Shown here: positions 51,018-63,510 of the stretch, one piece after another | Position numbering within the stretch: position 1 is the stretch's first letter | Layout: each line of letters begins with the position of its first letter | Origin: Octopus vulgaris | Taxonomy: Eukaryota | Length of the DNA stretch: 64,000 nt | Direction of reading: 5' to 3' | NCBI GenBank assembly: GCA_951406725.2 | Contig: OX597836.1 | Location: forward strand, 30,504,001-30,568,000 | Made by a program: the position numbers and the translations under genes | Notes under the pieces: generated by a model | Told to the model about the DNA's origin: nothing | Seen by the model: only the letters and a program-made list of their open reading frames with translations | The model's database searches: none

Positions 51018-52532
51018 CTAGCAGCATCGCCTGGCGTTGCTCGGGTTTGTTTCGACCCTTTAGAATTGGAATTTTTCAAAAGTAAAAATTTGCATTATGT
51101 AGCTTGTTATTCTCTTTAAGTGAACATTTTTCTGGTTGAAATACACCGAAAGATGTCGACACAGCAGTCAAAAAAATCGTAAAAAATAGAAAAAAAGCAC
51201 CTTTTTGATGTAAATAATTTTTTGTCTTAACATGGTCCGATTTGAATTTTACCTTCTACGGAATGAAGAGCAAGCCTTCTTCTATCATACTCTCAATTTT
51301 GGTCAACTTGTGCTGCAGGGTCTCGGAGGAGATAGTGTTAGTTGAAGGCTACCAAACCTGCCACACGCAGATAATAAGCTTTATATATATACTAGCAGTA
51401 CCACCCGGCGTTGCTCGGGTTTGTTTCGACCCTTTAGAATTGGAATTTTTGAAAAGTAAAAATTTTTGCATTATGTAGCTTGTTATTCTCTTTAAGTGAA
51501 CATTTTTCTGGTTGAAATACACAGAAAGATGTTGACACAGCAGTAAAAAAATCGTAAAAAATAGGTATTTTCATAGAAAAAAAGCACCTTTTTGATGTAA
51601 ATAATTTTTGGTCTTAACATGGTCCGATTTGAATTTTCTATCATACTCTCAATTTTGGTCAACTTGTGCTGCAGGGTCTCGGAGGAGATAGTGTTAGTTG
51701 AAGTCTACCAAACCTGCCACACGCACACAACTTCAGCTTTATATATATACTAGCAGTATCGCCTGGCGTTGCTTGGGTTTGTTTCGACCCACTGGAATTG
51801 GAATTTTTGAAAAGTAAAAAATTTGCATTATGTAGCTTGTTATTCTCTTTAAGTGAACATTTTTCTAGTTGAAATACACTGAAAAATGGCAACACACAGT
51901 AGTCAAAAAAAATCATAAAAAATAGGGGTTTTCATAGATAAAAAAAGCACCTTTTTGATGTAAATAATTTTTTGTCTTAACATGGTCCGATTTGAATTTT
52001 ATCTTCTATGGAATGAAGAGCAAGCCTTCTTCTATCATACTCTCAATTTTGGTCAACTTGTGCGGCAGGGTCTCGAAGGAGATAGTGTTAGTTGAAGGCT
52101 ACCAAACCTGCCGCACACAGACAATCAGCTTTATATATATACTAGCAGTATCGCCCGGCATTGCTCGGGTTTGTTTCGACCCTTTAGAATTAGAATTTTT
52201 GAAAAGTAAAAATTTTGCATTATGTAGCTTGTTATTCTCTTTAAGTGAACATTTTTCTAGTTGAAATACACTGAAAAATGGCAACACAGCAGTCAAAAAT
52301 TTCATAAAAAATAGGGATTTTCATAGAAAAAAAAACACCTTTTTGAAGTAAATAACTTTTTGTCTTAACATGGTCCGATTTGAATTTTATCTTCTACGGA
52401 ATGAAGAGCAAGCCTTCTTCCATCATACTCTCAATTTTGGTCAACTTGTGCCGCAGGGTCTCGGAGAAGATAGTGTTAGTTGAAGGCTACCAAACCTGCC
52501 ACACACAGACAACTTCAGCTTTATATATATAT
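51018..52532 (-). mobile_element. Head-to-tail array of four non-autonomous Helitrons (~374, 358, 392, ~391 bp)
   Basis: CTAG 3' ends at 51018, 51392, 51750, 52142, each next to a CC(C/T)GGC(G/A)TTGCT(C/T)GGG hairpin; minus-strand junctions CTAG|TATATATATAAAGCT. Confidence 0.9.
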
Positions 52533-52570
52533 AATTATTATTACTACTACTATTATCATTATTATTATGA

Positions 52571-52785
52571 AAGCAGCAAGCTGGCAGAATCGTTAGCACA
52601 CCAGGCAAATTGCTTAGCAGTACTTCATCCATCTTTACATTCAGAGTCCAAATTCTGCCAAGGTTGACTTTGCCATTCATCCTTTCAGGGTCAATAAAAT
52701 AAGTACCAATCGAACACTAGGGTCAATGTAATCAGCTTATCCCCTCACCAAAATTGCTGGCCTTGTGCCAAAATTTGAAATTATC
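52571..52785 (+). mobile_element. SINE family B, variant tail
   Basis: Same as 30277-30491 in reverse. Confidence 0.82.
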
Positions 52786-53749
52786 ATTATTATTATTATA
52801 TTGAACAGAGGAAGTACAATATGTAAAAAAACTAATTAGAGTATTCTTTCCTCAATAAAAAATATTTAACACTAAACACCCTTATGCTTAACACATTCAA
52901 ACCATTCTACCCAGTCTATCCTCCCCAGAATATCACCCTCTGAAAATCCATATCTTTCTATGTATTTTTATTTTTCCTGCTGCTGTCAGTTTGCAGTCGT
53001 TCAGTAAGAAAATCAACCACATTGATCGCACTAGTCTTAGCAGGCCTGCAAAAAAGCTATGGGCACAACAGCTTCTTTGTAATAAAACCATAAAAAAAAA
53101 AAAAAAAGAATAATATACCTCTCTTTCTATTCTGTTCCCCGGCAAGCCACTTGTCAGCTTCCTTTTTTTCTTTAGTTCATGTAATAAACATCAATTTCTC
53201 ACCTCTCTGTTAGTCTTCTCATTCACTGAAGGACAACTGTTCAAGCACACAGACAATTTTATATTCTCTTTTTCTTCAGGAGACACATATATGCACTGTT
53301 GTTTCTTTTTTCTTATATTTCACTCATAAAAAAACATCAGTCCTAGTTTCCAAAGTTTAACCAGCTACTTTAGACTTGCTCTACTCCAGTCACATAAACT
53401 TTATATGTTTTTTTCATGTCCTCTGTCTCATCTGTACTGTATTAATCACTAACAACTACATCTAATGGTTGTTGAAGCTTACAAGTGGTACCATCCACAG
53501 GTACAGAAACCACAAAGATCAATGAGGGGTATTTTTCATTTACTCCATCTATTATGTATAATCATTTATGCTGAATTTCTTTCACACACACACATACACA
53601 CCTGTATATAACAAATGTTAGAGACAGACAATGTAATATACAAGAAACTTTATTGATCACAACGATAATTTCAAATCATCTTGCATCAATTCCTTGTGGA
53701 TGGGATACTGTACAACTGGTTGTGGTGCATCATACATGCATGTATGTAT

Positions 53750-54150
53750 GTCATCATTTTAATATCCCTTTTTCCATGCTTGCATGCATCAGGTACAATT
53801 TATTGAGGCAGATTTTCTATGCATGGATACCCTTCCTGTTGCAAACCATTACCTGTTTCCAAGCAAGGGAATATTTCCCCCATGGCTAGACATGTTTTGG
53901 CAGCATATTGGAAATGAATTACATTCATTTATAACAATCACACAATGTCAAGACCAGGAGACACAAACATATGTACATACACACTTTTACACATGCATAT
54001 GGCAGGATTCTTTCAGTTTACATCTACCAAATCCACTCACAAGGATTTGGTTAGACAAGGATAATAGTAAAAGACTCATCCAAGGTGTCACATAGAGGAA
54101 CTGAATCTGAAATCCAGTATTGAAGTAAACATTTTACCACATCTCTGCCT
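53750..54150 (-). mobile_element. SINE family D, diverged
   Basis: RTE-type tail, D body, family A head remnants. Confidence 0.7.
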
Positions 54151-54904
54151 ATGTTTTACACACACACACAAAGATTGGCTCTAGGAAGGACACCCAACCA
54201 TAAAAACTATGTCAAAACAGGACTCGCTAGTACTGGTGCCATGTGAAAAGCACCCAGAATAATCTGTAAAGTGGTTGGTGTTAAGAAGGGCATCCAGCCA
54301 TGCCAAGACAGACAGAGGAGCTTGTGCAGTCCTCTAGCTTGCCAGCTCCTGTCAAGCCATCCAACCCATGCCAGCATAGAAAATGGATGTTAAATGATGT
54401 CAGATCATCATCATTGTCATTATTATTATCCTAATTATCATTATCACCATCACCATTGTTGTTGTTATCACATATAAAAGTACATGTACACTGTTAGCAT
54501 GTATAATATACATCTCGATCTTGAGGCCTAAATTGTCTTCAAAACTTCATAATACTATGTATAATGTGTAGTGTTGCACAACTGCTACAAGAATAGATAA
54601 TATACTATAATCCAATATATTAGGTTTTAATATTTCATTTTATAAAAGACATATTGTTAAATAATAAATTATCCAAAAGATAAAGCTTTATTACATTGTA
54701 TTTCTTCTTAATGAAAGTAGACAGAGAAATATTTTTTTGCAGACTAACACCATATATTATATGCATATCAAATTTACATATTGATTTTTGCAGGAAAAAG
54801 TGCATATCATACATAGAATTTTATGGTGTACACATGACTATAAACTAACATTAACTGAAAAAAAGAAACTAAATATATAATGCAACATCAAATATTAACT
54901 TATT

Positions 54905-55111
54905 TTAACCCTTCAGCATTCAGATTACTCTGTTGAATGTAATGCTTATTTGTTCACATTGTTTCAAATCTATCATGGCTTATCTCATAGCTTCAAGATT
55001 TCGTTGATGCGATTGTTTATTTTTCAAGTGACATTGTAGAGTAGGTGTGAGAGGTTAGATCTGGCTGGTTTGGTGGGCTAGATATGGTCAGTTTAAATGC
55101 TGAAGAGGTGA
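54905..55111 (-). mobile_element. piggyBac-like TTAA MITE with a small internal deletion
   Basis: ttaa|CCCTTCAGCATT ... AATGCTGAAGAG. Confidence 0.78.
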
Positions 55112-55134
55112 GATAATTGATTCCAATTTCTAAG

Positions 55135-55365
55135 TTTGCCGAGGAAGGTTTATCAAAGGATAGCTGTATAAAGAAGTGTTGCATCCTCAAAAGAAATGCA
55201 AACTGCAGAAGTTCTCTTCTCAAGAAAGACTTGGGACAAAGTGGTGAAGACAGAATTGAAGCTAAGCTGTTGCATTTTACAGAGACATGATAAAAGACCA
55301 TAAGGATTGGCAGAAGAAGACTCACCTATCAAGGTATGGTACGGTGAAACAAATCTTGTCTATGC
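55135..55365 (+). pseudogene. Decayed RTE LINE 3' end
   Basis: DSCIKKC... and RKTWDKVVKTELK..KDHKDW, then a degenerate version of the family C/D tail. Confidence 0.5.
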
Positions 55366-56615
55366 ACTTGTGCATGTGTAGGCTTGTACATTTAAATATA
55401 CACTTTAATATGCACATGTGAACATCTGCATGTGGATGTGTATGCACAAACATGTATACTATCAAGGTTATATCTTTGACCTCCTTGATAGCTTCCCATC
55501 TCTCAAACACACCTATCATTCAACCTTCTATCACTTATCACACATCTCTCTTATCTTTCAACAGTCTACCACCCCACCACTACCACATCCCTATCACCCT
55601 TGCCTTTATCACTCATGCCTCTAGTGTACATGCCCCTACTCTTCTCAATACTATGTTGCTGATGTGACTAAGGATAGCAGTAGATATCTTCAGCTCATTG
55701 TGCATTACTTTCAGTGTAAATAGGGATGCCATGAGATGTATCAGACGCTCTCTTTAAAACTTTACCCACCTCCTCTCAACCTTATCATCCTAGCTCCCTC
55801 ACCACCTTGAAGAATATATCTATTGAGATTTCTGTCTTACATGTCTGTCATACACTCATTTTATACACCCTACTGATCATCTGGTACCAGCATCTAGGAT
55901 TCACTCACCATTTATCCATTCCTAGCTCTATCTCACACCAATCTTTTCTTGTACTGGGGCCACAACCACTTTGTAAAGTGGTTGGTGTTAGGAAGGGCAC
56001 CTAGCTATGGAAGCCCAACTAAAAACGAAATGTACACCAGAGATGTGGTTCCCTGATCCATCCAGTAAAGTAGAAATGACCCACCTAACTCATGTCAGCA
56101 TGGAAAATAGACATAAGATGACAATGTCATGCAAATACACGTGTTGCCTGGTGTGCAGGTGTACAATATATACAGTTTTTCTTTTGTTTAATCAAACCTA
56201 TGATCAAAGGCTATCCCAATGTAACCACCGCTTACTTTTTTTTTTGGTAATTGTATCTATTATTCCATGTATGTATCTTTTTTAACTCTTTAATTGCAAA
56301 ATTAAATTTCTTGGTTATTCCAGAAAAACAGAGTTCGTATTTTCTGCATGTCACGTTGCCTCAGCAAATTTGACATATCTTGACAAAAAAATAGTTTGAA
56401 ACCTGACATTCCTCAACAAAACTGCTTTCTGCAGTCAAGGGTAATGAAATTTTGAGTAGATATATCTGATTTCCACAGTAAAAGGGTTTAAAAAAATACA
56501 AAAATTTTTAAAATAGTAGGGAAGAAGCAATAGGGAGTAATCTGAAGAATAGTTGACTGCTCTTCATACTGAGCTGAGCAATCACACAGTAGCTTCATTC
56601 TTTGCTTCAATATAC

Positions 56616-56646
<31 letters not shown>

Positions 56647-57692
56647 AGTATAAGAGATACCTCACATAATAGACTGTGATAAATAACATATCTTATTATT
56701 CAAGTGGCACTAACAAGTGTGGAAACAAAGCTGTTTATAAACATATATTTTATATAATTGTTATAGACGAAATACTTTTTCATACTATGTTTGTTTTTGT
56801 TTTTCTTTCCTTTAAAATGAAATCTATTTTCAGTTGTCTATATAACAATGATTTGACGTAAACACGTTTTTATCTACTTTTTTTTCTTTTTACATATATT
56901 TTTCCTGTCTTCTTTAAATTTTATTTCATCTGTTTAAAACTGGAAATTTTTCAAGTATCTAAATATACTTGATGTGAAATGATGATTAAGCAATCAATAC
57001 ATTTTCTTGTTTTGCTTTATGCTTTATTTTTTTTTTGTTTATTGCTTGTTTGTTGTTTGTTTATTTTGTTGTTTATATTGTTTTGTTCCAGTTTTTTTGT
57101 CTATGTCGCTTGATTAAACAATGATATCAACCAACAGAAAAAAATCTTTGTTTACAATACGAATAATTATGAAAAATTAACATTTCTGCAATAATCATTG
57201 TGTGTGTGTGTACCACTTCTTTTTCTCTCCTGCAAAAATCAGATCATATCCACAATTTTTTTTTTTTTTTAATAATTTTTTAATATTAATTCATTAAAGG
57301 GCAATGAAGCAATGACATATACCATTGTGCACAAGACTAATTGCCTATTGGGAATAATTATTTACCAAACAGCATCTAGCATCAACCCTCTTTCAAGTTC
57401 CAATTCTGAGTGAGTTAATTTTGTGATTTTTATTTCTTTCTAGTATTGAGGCCCAATTTAGCTGATCGGTTTAACATCCATTCCGATCAAAAAAATCAGC
57501 CAAGAGACAAAGAAAGGAATCGATATTGATTTATAGAATTATTAGCACAATGACCAAGTCAGGAAAATGACTGGAGAGTGTCTGAGATAATTTGATCTGA
57601 AAGAAAGAGCAGCTAAATCTCAAAGAACGTTAATCTAGATAATGTACTCTTGGTAAAATTTATACACTAAAAAGCAATGGGATGATCGTGGC

Positions 57693-57921
57693 TTAACACT
57701 TTAGTATGTAAACTGGTCATATCCAGCCCAAATATTCTACCTGCTTTATGTTCAAACCAGCCAGATTTGACCTCTTACACCTACCCTGAAATGACATTCT
57801 AAAAATAAACAATTGCACCATTGAAATCTCAAAGCTACAAGATAAGTCTATGACTAATTCAAAACAATGTGAGTAAATAAGCATTAAATTTGAGAGAGTT
57901 ATTTGAATCCTAAAAGTTTAA
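57693..57921 (+). mobile_element. piggyBac-like TTAA MITE inserted into a family E copy
   Basis: Same internal sequence as the other copies. Confidence 0.75.
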
Positions 57922-58180
57922 AATCTTTGATCATACATTTGCTCAGTCAGAGCTGACACAGAACATGCATATAGGTTCTGTTGACCTAATTTCACTCACA
58001 AGATTTAAATAAACCAGGGGCTACAGAGGAAGACACTTGCTCAAGGTGTCCTACACAGCTGGATCATACTCAGAACTACATCAACATAAAGTGAACTTTT
58101 TAATCACAAGGCCAACAAAGTCAGAATGGTGTGCTTGCCAAAGAAACTTCTAAACCACACTTCAGACCATGCCACCCAGT

Positions 58181-58620
58181 TCCATCCATCCATTCGTCTT
58201 CACCCACTAGTCCTGGTAGAGTCCTCAGAAGCAAATCTCATTAGCCTTTCCAGCTGGATTCCCAAGCCTGACCAATTGAGACTATGGATATTATACAACC
58301 ATCTCATTGTAGGCCTACCACTAGGTCTCCTGCTGGTTAACTTGACTTGAGACATCTACCTTGCACGTCTTTCCTGTAACTTTCTATTCGTATGTCCATA
58401 GTACCAGAGCTGTGATCTCTCAATATGAAGTAGCAGCTGCTTGACCTGGAGAGACTCTCCAATCTCTTGAGCTATGCAGCCTAATGAGAAACATTATTCC
58501 AGACCCTCTCTGGAAGAACCCCATTTTAATCACTTGATTTTTTGTGTTTATCAGTCAAAACCCAACATCCATGACCACAGACATGTAAACTTTAAAACCA
58601 ACAGCTCAATATGCAACTAT
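58181..58620 (-). pseudogene. Rex3/Expander-like RTE LINE 3' end
   Basis: CGHGCWVLTDK..GFFQRGSG../EIGESLQVKQLLLHIERSQLWYYGH..RRPSGRPTMRWLYNIHSLNWSGLGI, followed by a (GATG)n tail. Confidence 0.85.
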
Positions 58621-58899
58621 CACATAAAACCAAATTGTGCACACTTCAACCATGCCTTAATATTTAACATATTACATTTATAGCTAATTCAATGTGTCTA
58701 AGATGTCACAAGTGATTTACTGAATTACATAAAAGGATATGGCCTTATACCAAATATCTCTGAAACCACTGTGTCAAGTGAAGACAAACAGTTGGAGTGT
58801 GTCCTGATGAAAATACTTTTATTGACAAAAACCATACACAAACTAAACACAAAAATGAAAAATAGAAAAGAAATAATTAAAAAAACTTAGGCTCTTCAC

Positions 58900-59260
58900 C
58901 TGACAGAAATAGCAGATAAATATTTCTCACATCACACCCTATTGTCTTAACAAAAAGGACGCATCAGATTATGTAGCCCTCAATACACTATGCTTGAACA
59001 AAAGCCTGACAGGTTATGACTGAAGCACCTTTAATAACAGGTCTGCTCAATCAGAACTGACCTGGAGCTAAATATAAGCCAGTGAGAGAATCTTTAAGTG
59101 GTTGCATGAGTTGCTGGAAATAGCAACCAAATATTCTTCAAATCATGCCACACTCTCAAAAAAAAAAAAAAAAAACAATAGCTAATGTCGTCCTATATTC
59201 ACTAAAAATAACAAGTAGATTATAGTAGGAATTTCTTTAATCTTAACTCTGTTGGATCTA
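58900..59260 (+). mobile_element. Family E head-to-tail dimer
   Basis: 'gaaatagca..aaat.t..ctca.atca' starts twice, ~210 bp apart. Confidence 0.6.
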
Positions 59261-60679
59261 GCAAAAAGTTATCTCAACTTGCTCTTTTGGTAGCCCCATT
59301 TCACTCAGGCCGCACTTGTCTCAAGCCACAGAGTTGACTGTGTGACTAAGAATTTTGCTTCAAGAAAAGACTTAAGACTTATGTGAAAACATTCTAGCTG
59401 TAACCACCTTTTATTCAGACATAGAATATATTGGATTATATTATCAAATATCCATTTTTAAAAGAAAAATATGATAGAATGGGATTTGACTGCAATTTTA
59501 GGTAGGTCTAGCAACTACATGGATACTCCCTCACTATTTCCAATAAAATACTTTCTGGTCTATAGAATAGGTAAAACCCAACATAACACTGTGAATAGCC
59601 AGAGAATGGAATGAAACCGAATCAGAGAAATTTATGTCCATAGAATAGCAATATACCTCACATCATTTTATTCCTACACCTGATCCCTTGATACAGAGTT
59701 TATGTTTATTTAAAGAGCACTTAAGATTAAGCTAATTTTCTACTGCTTTCAGCCAATGATCTGTGTCCATGCTATGGTACAGATTTCAAGGGTTTAGATT
59801 AATCAAATCAACTCCAATACTTATTTCAGTCTGTTCCTCATTTTAGCCATATATGTTTGTCAAACCACTAAGTTATGGGGCATAAAAAGACATGCCAGTT
59901 TTTTTTTGTTTGTTTTGTTTTTTTAATGTAAACACACACACATACATACACACACACAATAAGTTTCTGAACAATTTCAGTCTATCAGATTCTGCTCACA
60001 AGTTATTAGTCAATCCAAGACTATAGTGGAAGACAGTTGACCAAGTAAGTAATCATGCAGTGAAATAGAACTCAGGGCCATGTGCTTGCAAAGCAAATTT
60101 CTTAACCATATAACCATGCCTGCATTTATTTAATATAGCTGCTTCTATATTCGAAAATCTGTTGATGGTGTGGTGTTTATTAATCTGATATTAACACTAT
60201 GTAAACAAATTATGTTAACAAAATAGGGAATGACATAAAATGAAATTTAAATTTTCCCATAAATCCAATATATGGTTTGTTTTTTTCTTTTCACCTTTCA
60301 TAAGAAACTGCTAGAAAATAAATGAATGCTGTGGTGTCATAATATAAAATAAATAGCTCTTAAAAATTAATAATAAAATAGCAGCTAAAATTTCTTCAAA
60401 AAGCCAGACAACCTCAGGTAAATGGTTTTTAAATCAGAAGCAAAATTGCATTCATAAGTTAACAGCAAAAAAAAAATTAAAATTTTTTTTTAAATCAAAA
60501 AGTCTTCTATAAAATATATTTCACCATGTAAAGTAATTATAGACATATTAAAAGAAACTTTGCAAAGTAGCATATAAATAGGCAGACGGATGGTTGTGTG
60601 GTTAAGAAATTCATTTTGCAACTTCGTGGAGCTGGATTCTGTTCCACTACTGTAGTAACCTCAAAATGACCAATACTTT

Positions 60680-60880
60680 CATCATCATCACCATCAATCA
60701 TCATTGAACATTTTGCTTTCCAGGCTGGCATGGGTTGGACAGTTTGACAGGAGCTGGCAAGCTTGAGCATTGAAACGAACTCCATGGCTGGATGCCCTTC
60801 CTAATGCTGACCATTTTACAGAGTTGCAGTGGACGCTCTTTATGTGGCACCAGAAAAGTCACCAAGTAAGTTGCAAGAAC
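60680..60880 (-). mobile_element. Family C 3' part
   Basis: ggctggcatgggttggacagtttgac..ggctggatgcccttcctaatgc. Confidence 0.8.
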
Positions 60881-60911
60881 CCCCCCCCCATCAAGTAAAT
60901 AGAGAGTAGTG

Positions 60912-61166
60912 TTCGTGTCCGTTGCCAGCCTCGCCTGGCCCTCGTGCCGGTGGCACATAAAAGCACCATCCGTTCATAGCTGTTTGCCAGCTCCATCTGG
61001 CACCTGTGCGGGTGGCACGTAAAAAGCACCCACTACACTCATGGAGTGGTTGGCATTAGGAAGGGCATCCAGCCGTAGAAACACTGCCAGATCAGACCCC
61101 AGTTGAACCATCCAACCCATGCTAGCATGGAAAGTGGACGCTAAATGGTGATGATGATGATGATGA
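60912..61166 (+). mobile_element. Family C, relatively young copy
   Basis: CpG retained; repeated 'gtgccggtggcac.taaaagcacc' unit; (gat)n tail. Confidence 0.85.
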
Positions 61167-62346
61167 GATGTTTGAGTACAATGGGGGATGGAAACAAGTG
61201 TCTTGCAGTAGAGGATCTATGTGGCTACCCTAGCTGGAAAAGGGAAGAGGAGTAGAGAGAGAGAGAAAGAGAGAGAGGTGAGTGGAATTTGCTAGATGTG
61301 TTCATGAGAGGGAAAAAAGTTACTAAAATTGAAGGGAAAAATATATGTGACATGTATTAAAAGTGTTATAATACATGGGTAATGAATGGGGAACAGCAGG
61401 ACATGCTGGAAAAGCAGTGGATGAGCAAAGTATCACTGAGAAAGACAAAAAGTAGATAGTAGAGTTTCTGAGAGGAGGGAGAAAGAGAGAGAGCAATGGA
61501 TGTGGTGAAGAGAAATGGGAGGAGATGGTTGCATCATATGCTGAAGAAGGATGAAAATGAGTGAGTGAGAGGAATGATGAGAATCAACGTGAAAGGGAGT
61601 AGAAAAAAGGGGAAGATTAAAGAAAACGTAGCCAAAGGGAATAGAGGTGAAAATGAGGTAAGATGTAGAGGATAGGACAAAATGAAGTGAACTGGCACAG
61701 GGCCTGGAAGGATACCTCTTATTGTGGCTAGGAAAAGCTTTAAAAGGAATATTGTGGTGTTGTTATAGCACATATCTGTGTTTCTGCATAGCTTGGTAAA
61801 AACAGTGCATCCAGTTGCTGCACTGTTGAATTGAATCAAAAAGTAACTTAGCCCTTAACTGTTCAATAAACAGAGATCGATAAAGTAAGTAGGTGGGGGA
61901 GTCAATGTGGTCAATGAAACCTTTAACTGCAGCGCCCCAGCATGGCCACAGTTCAATTTCAGAAACTGGTAAAAAAAAACTGGGGGAAGGAAGGAAGGAA
62001 AGATAGATAGATAGATAGATAGATTTCATAAGTACATATGAATGTTTAAAAAAGTCTTAAAGTACTGATAACAGTGGAGAAGAAACTTGGACTGTTATAA
62101 TCATATAATAACCATTTAATACCACAGTTTTAAATACCAGCTGGGAATACAACCAAGCTATCCAACATATTGATTGCCTTCTTACTCCTTGCTCACAATA
62201 CAAGTTTCCTCCTTTTCAAGCAAGTGTAAAGTGTTATTGCTACTTTATTTGGCATTTTGATTTTTTCTTATTTCCTCTATATTTCCAGTTTTTCTTCCAG
62301 CAAGCAGCTCATTCCTGATACCACCATTTATAAATAGACCAAACAC

Positions 62347-62379
62347 CTGTGTTCTAATGCATGTCGATAACATTCTGTT
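62347..62379 (-). other. Candidate 33-nt frame-preserving microexon
   Basis: gttccctctcctctcctcccatctttcag|AACAGAATGTTATCGACATGCATTAGAACACAG|gtgttt; open in phase 0 (NRMLSTCIRTQ) and phase 2 (TECYRHALEH). Confidence 0.33.
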
Positions 62380-62524
62380 CTGAAAGATGGGAGGAGAGGA
62401 GAGGGAACGTAACATTTTTACAGAGCAACAACTGAGAATAATCTTCTACACAGCTATGAAATATTAAGTGTTACATAAGTCTAAAATAAGTAATGAAAAA
62501 AAAAAAGATAAATTGAATGAACTA

Positions 62525-62835
62525 TATCTTTTATCTTGTTCCAGTCATTGGACTGTGGCCATGCTGGTGCATCACCTTAAAGAGCTTTAGTCAAACAAAT
62601 CAACCCCAGTAATTATTTTAAAGCCTCATATTTATTCCATCAGTATCTTGTGCCAAATCACAAAGTTACAGTAATATAAATCAACATTGGTTGTCTAACA
62701 GTGGGGGGTGACAAACCCAAAACAAACACATACACACACATGACCAGCTTCTTTCAGTTTCCTTCTATCAAATACACTCACAAGGCTTTTGTAGGCCTGG
62801 GGCTATAGTAGAAGAAACTTGCTCAAGGTGCCATG
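62525..62835 (-). mobile_element. SINE family A, older copy lacking the head
   Basis: Tail and body match. Confidence 0.78.
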
Positions 62836-62854
62836 CCATACAACTCAGCCTAGC

Positions 62855-63072
62855 TCCATGTGCTGGTGACATGTGAAAGGCACCTGTGCCAGTGACACAT
62901 AAAAGGCACCCACTACACTTTTGGAGTGGTTGGCATTAGGAAGGACATCAAGCTATAGAAACTGAGCCAAATCAGACTGGAACTTGGTACAGCTCTCCAT
63001 CCTACCAGTTCCGGTAGAACCATCTAACCCATACCAGCATGGAAAACGGACACTAAGTGATGATGATGATGT
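62855..63072 (+). mobile_element. Family C 3' part
   Basis: As for the other copies. Confidence 0.8.
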
Positions 63073-63074
63073 TA

Positions 63075-63510
63075 GGGAGTCTATGTGCTCACCTAATTTG
63101 CTAAAAGCAGTATCCAAAATCTCTCCCTTATAACATCCTTTATGTTTTAAAAGGAGACAGCTACATTAGCTAATGTAGTCTGTTCTGGATGAACACTGAG
63201 AAGGTAAAAAACATGATCATTACTAGAATACCTTTGATCACAGGGCTGTTTGTTCAAGGCTGACCAGGATCTAATCAACAGCAAAAACTGAGTTAACAAG
63301 GGAGAACCACTATATGGCAACTTGACATGCTCGAAATAGCAGCCAAATCTTCCCAAAATATACTCAAACATCTTTAAAAAAAAGAAAGGTTACATCGTAG
63401 AATGCAAACTATTTGCATTAAAAAAAAACAACAATTATAGTTACAGCTGAATGAAATACCTTTGATCACAGTTCTACACAATCAATGTTTGCCTAGGGCT
63501 AAACAATAAC
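63075..63510 (+). mobile_element. Family E head-to-tail dimer (a further copy at 63855-64000)
   Basis: ggagtctatgtg..gctaaaagcag..aatctctccc ... ctttgatcacag..ggctgaccagg.tctaa.caac, repeated at 63300-63510. Confidence 0.65.

Noticed and set aside
51242-52680. Repeated 68-95 aa ORFs resembling a tandem gene family
   Set aside because: They are frames across non-coding Helitron units, use TTG-type starts and are broken by unit-specific indels.
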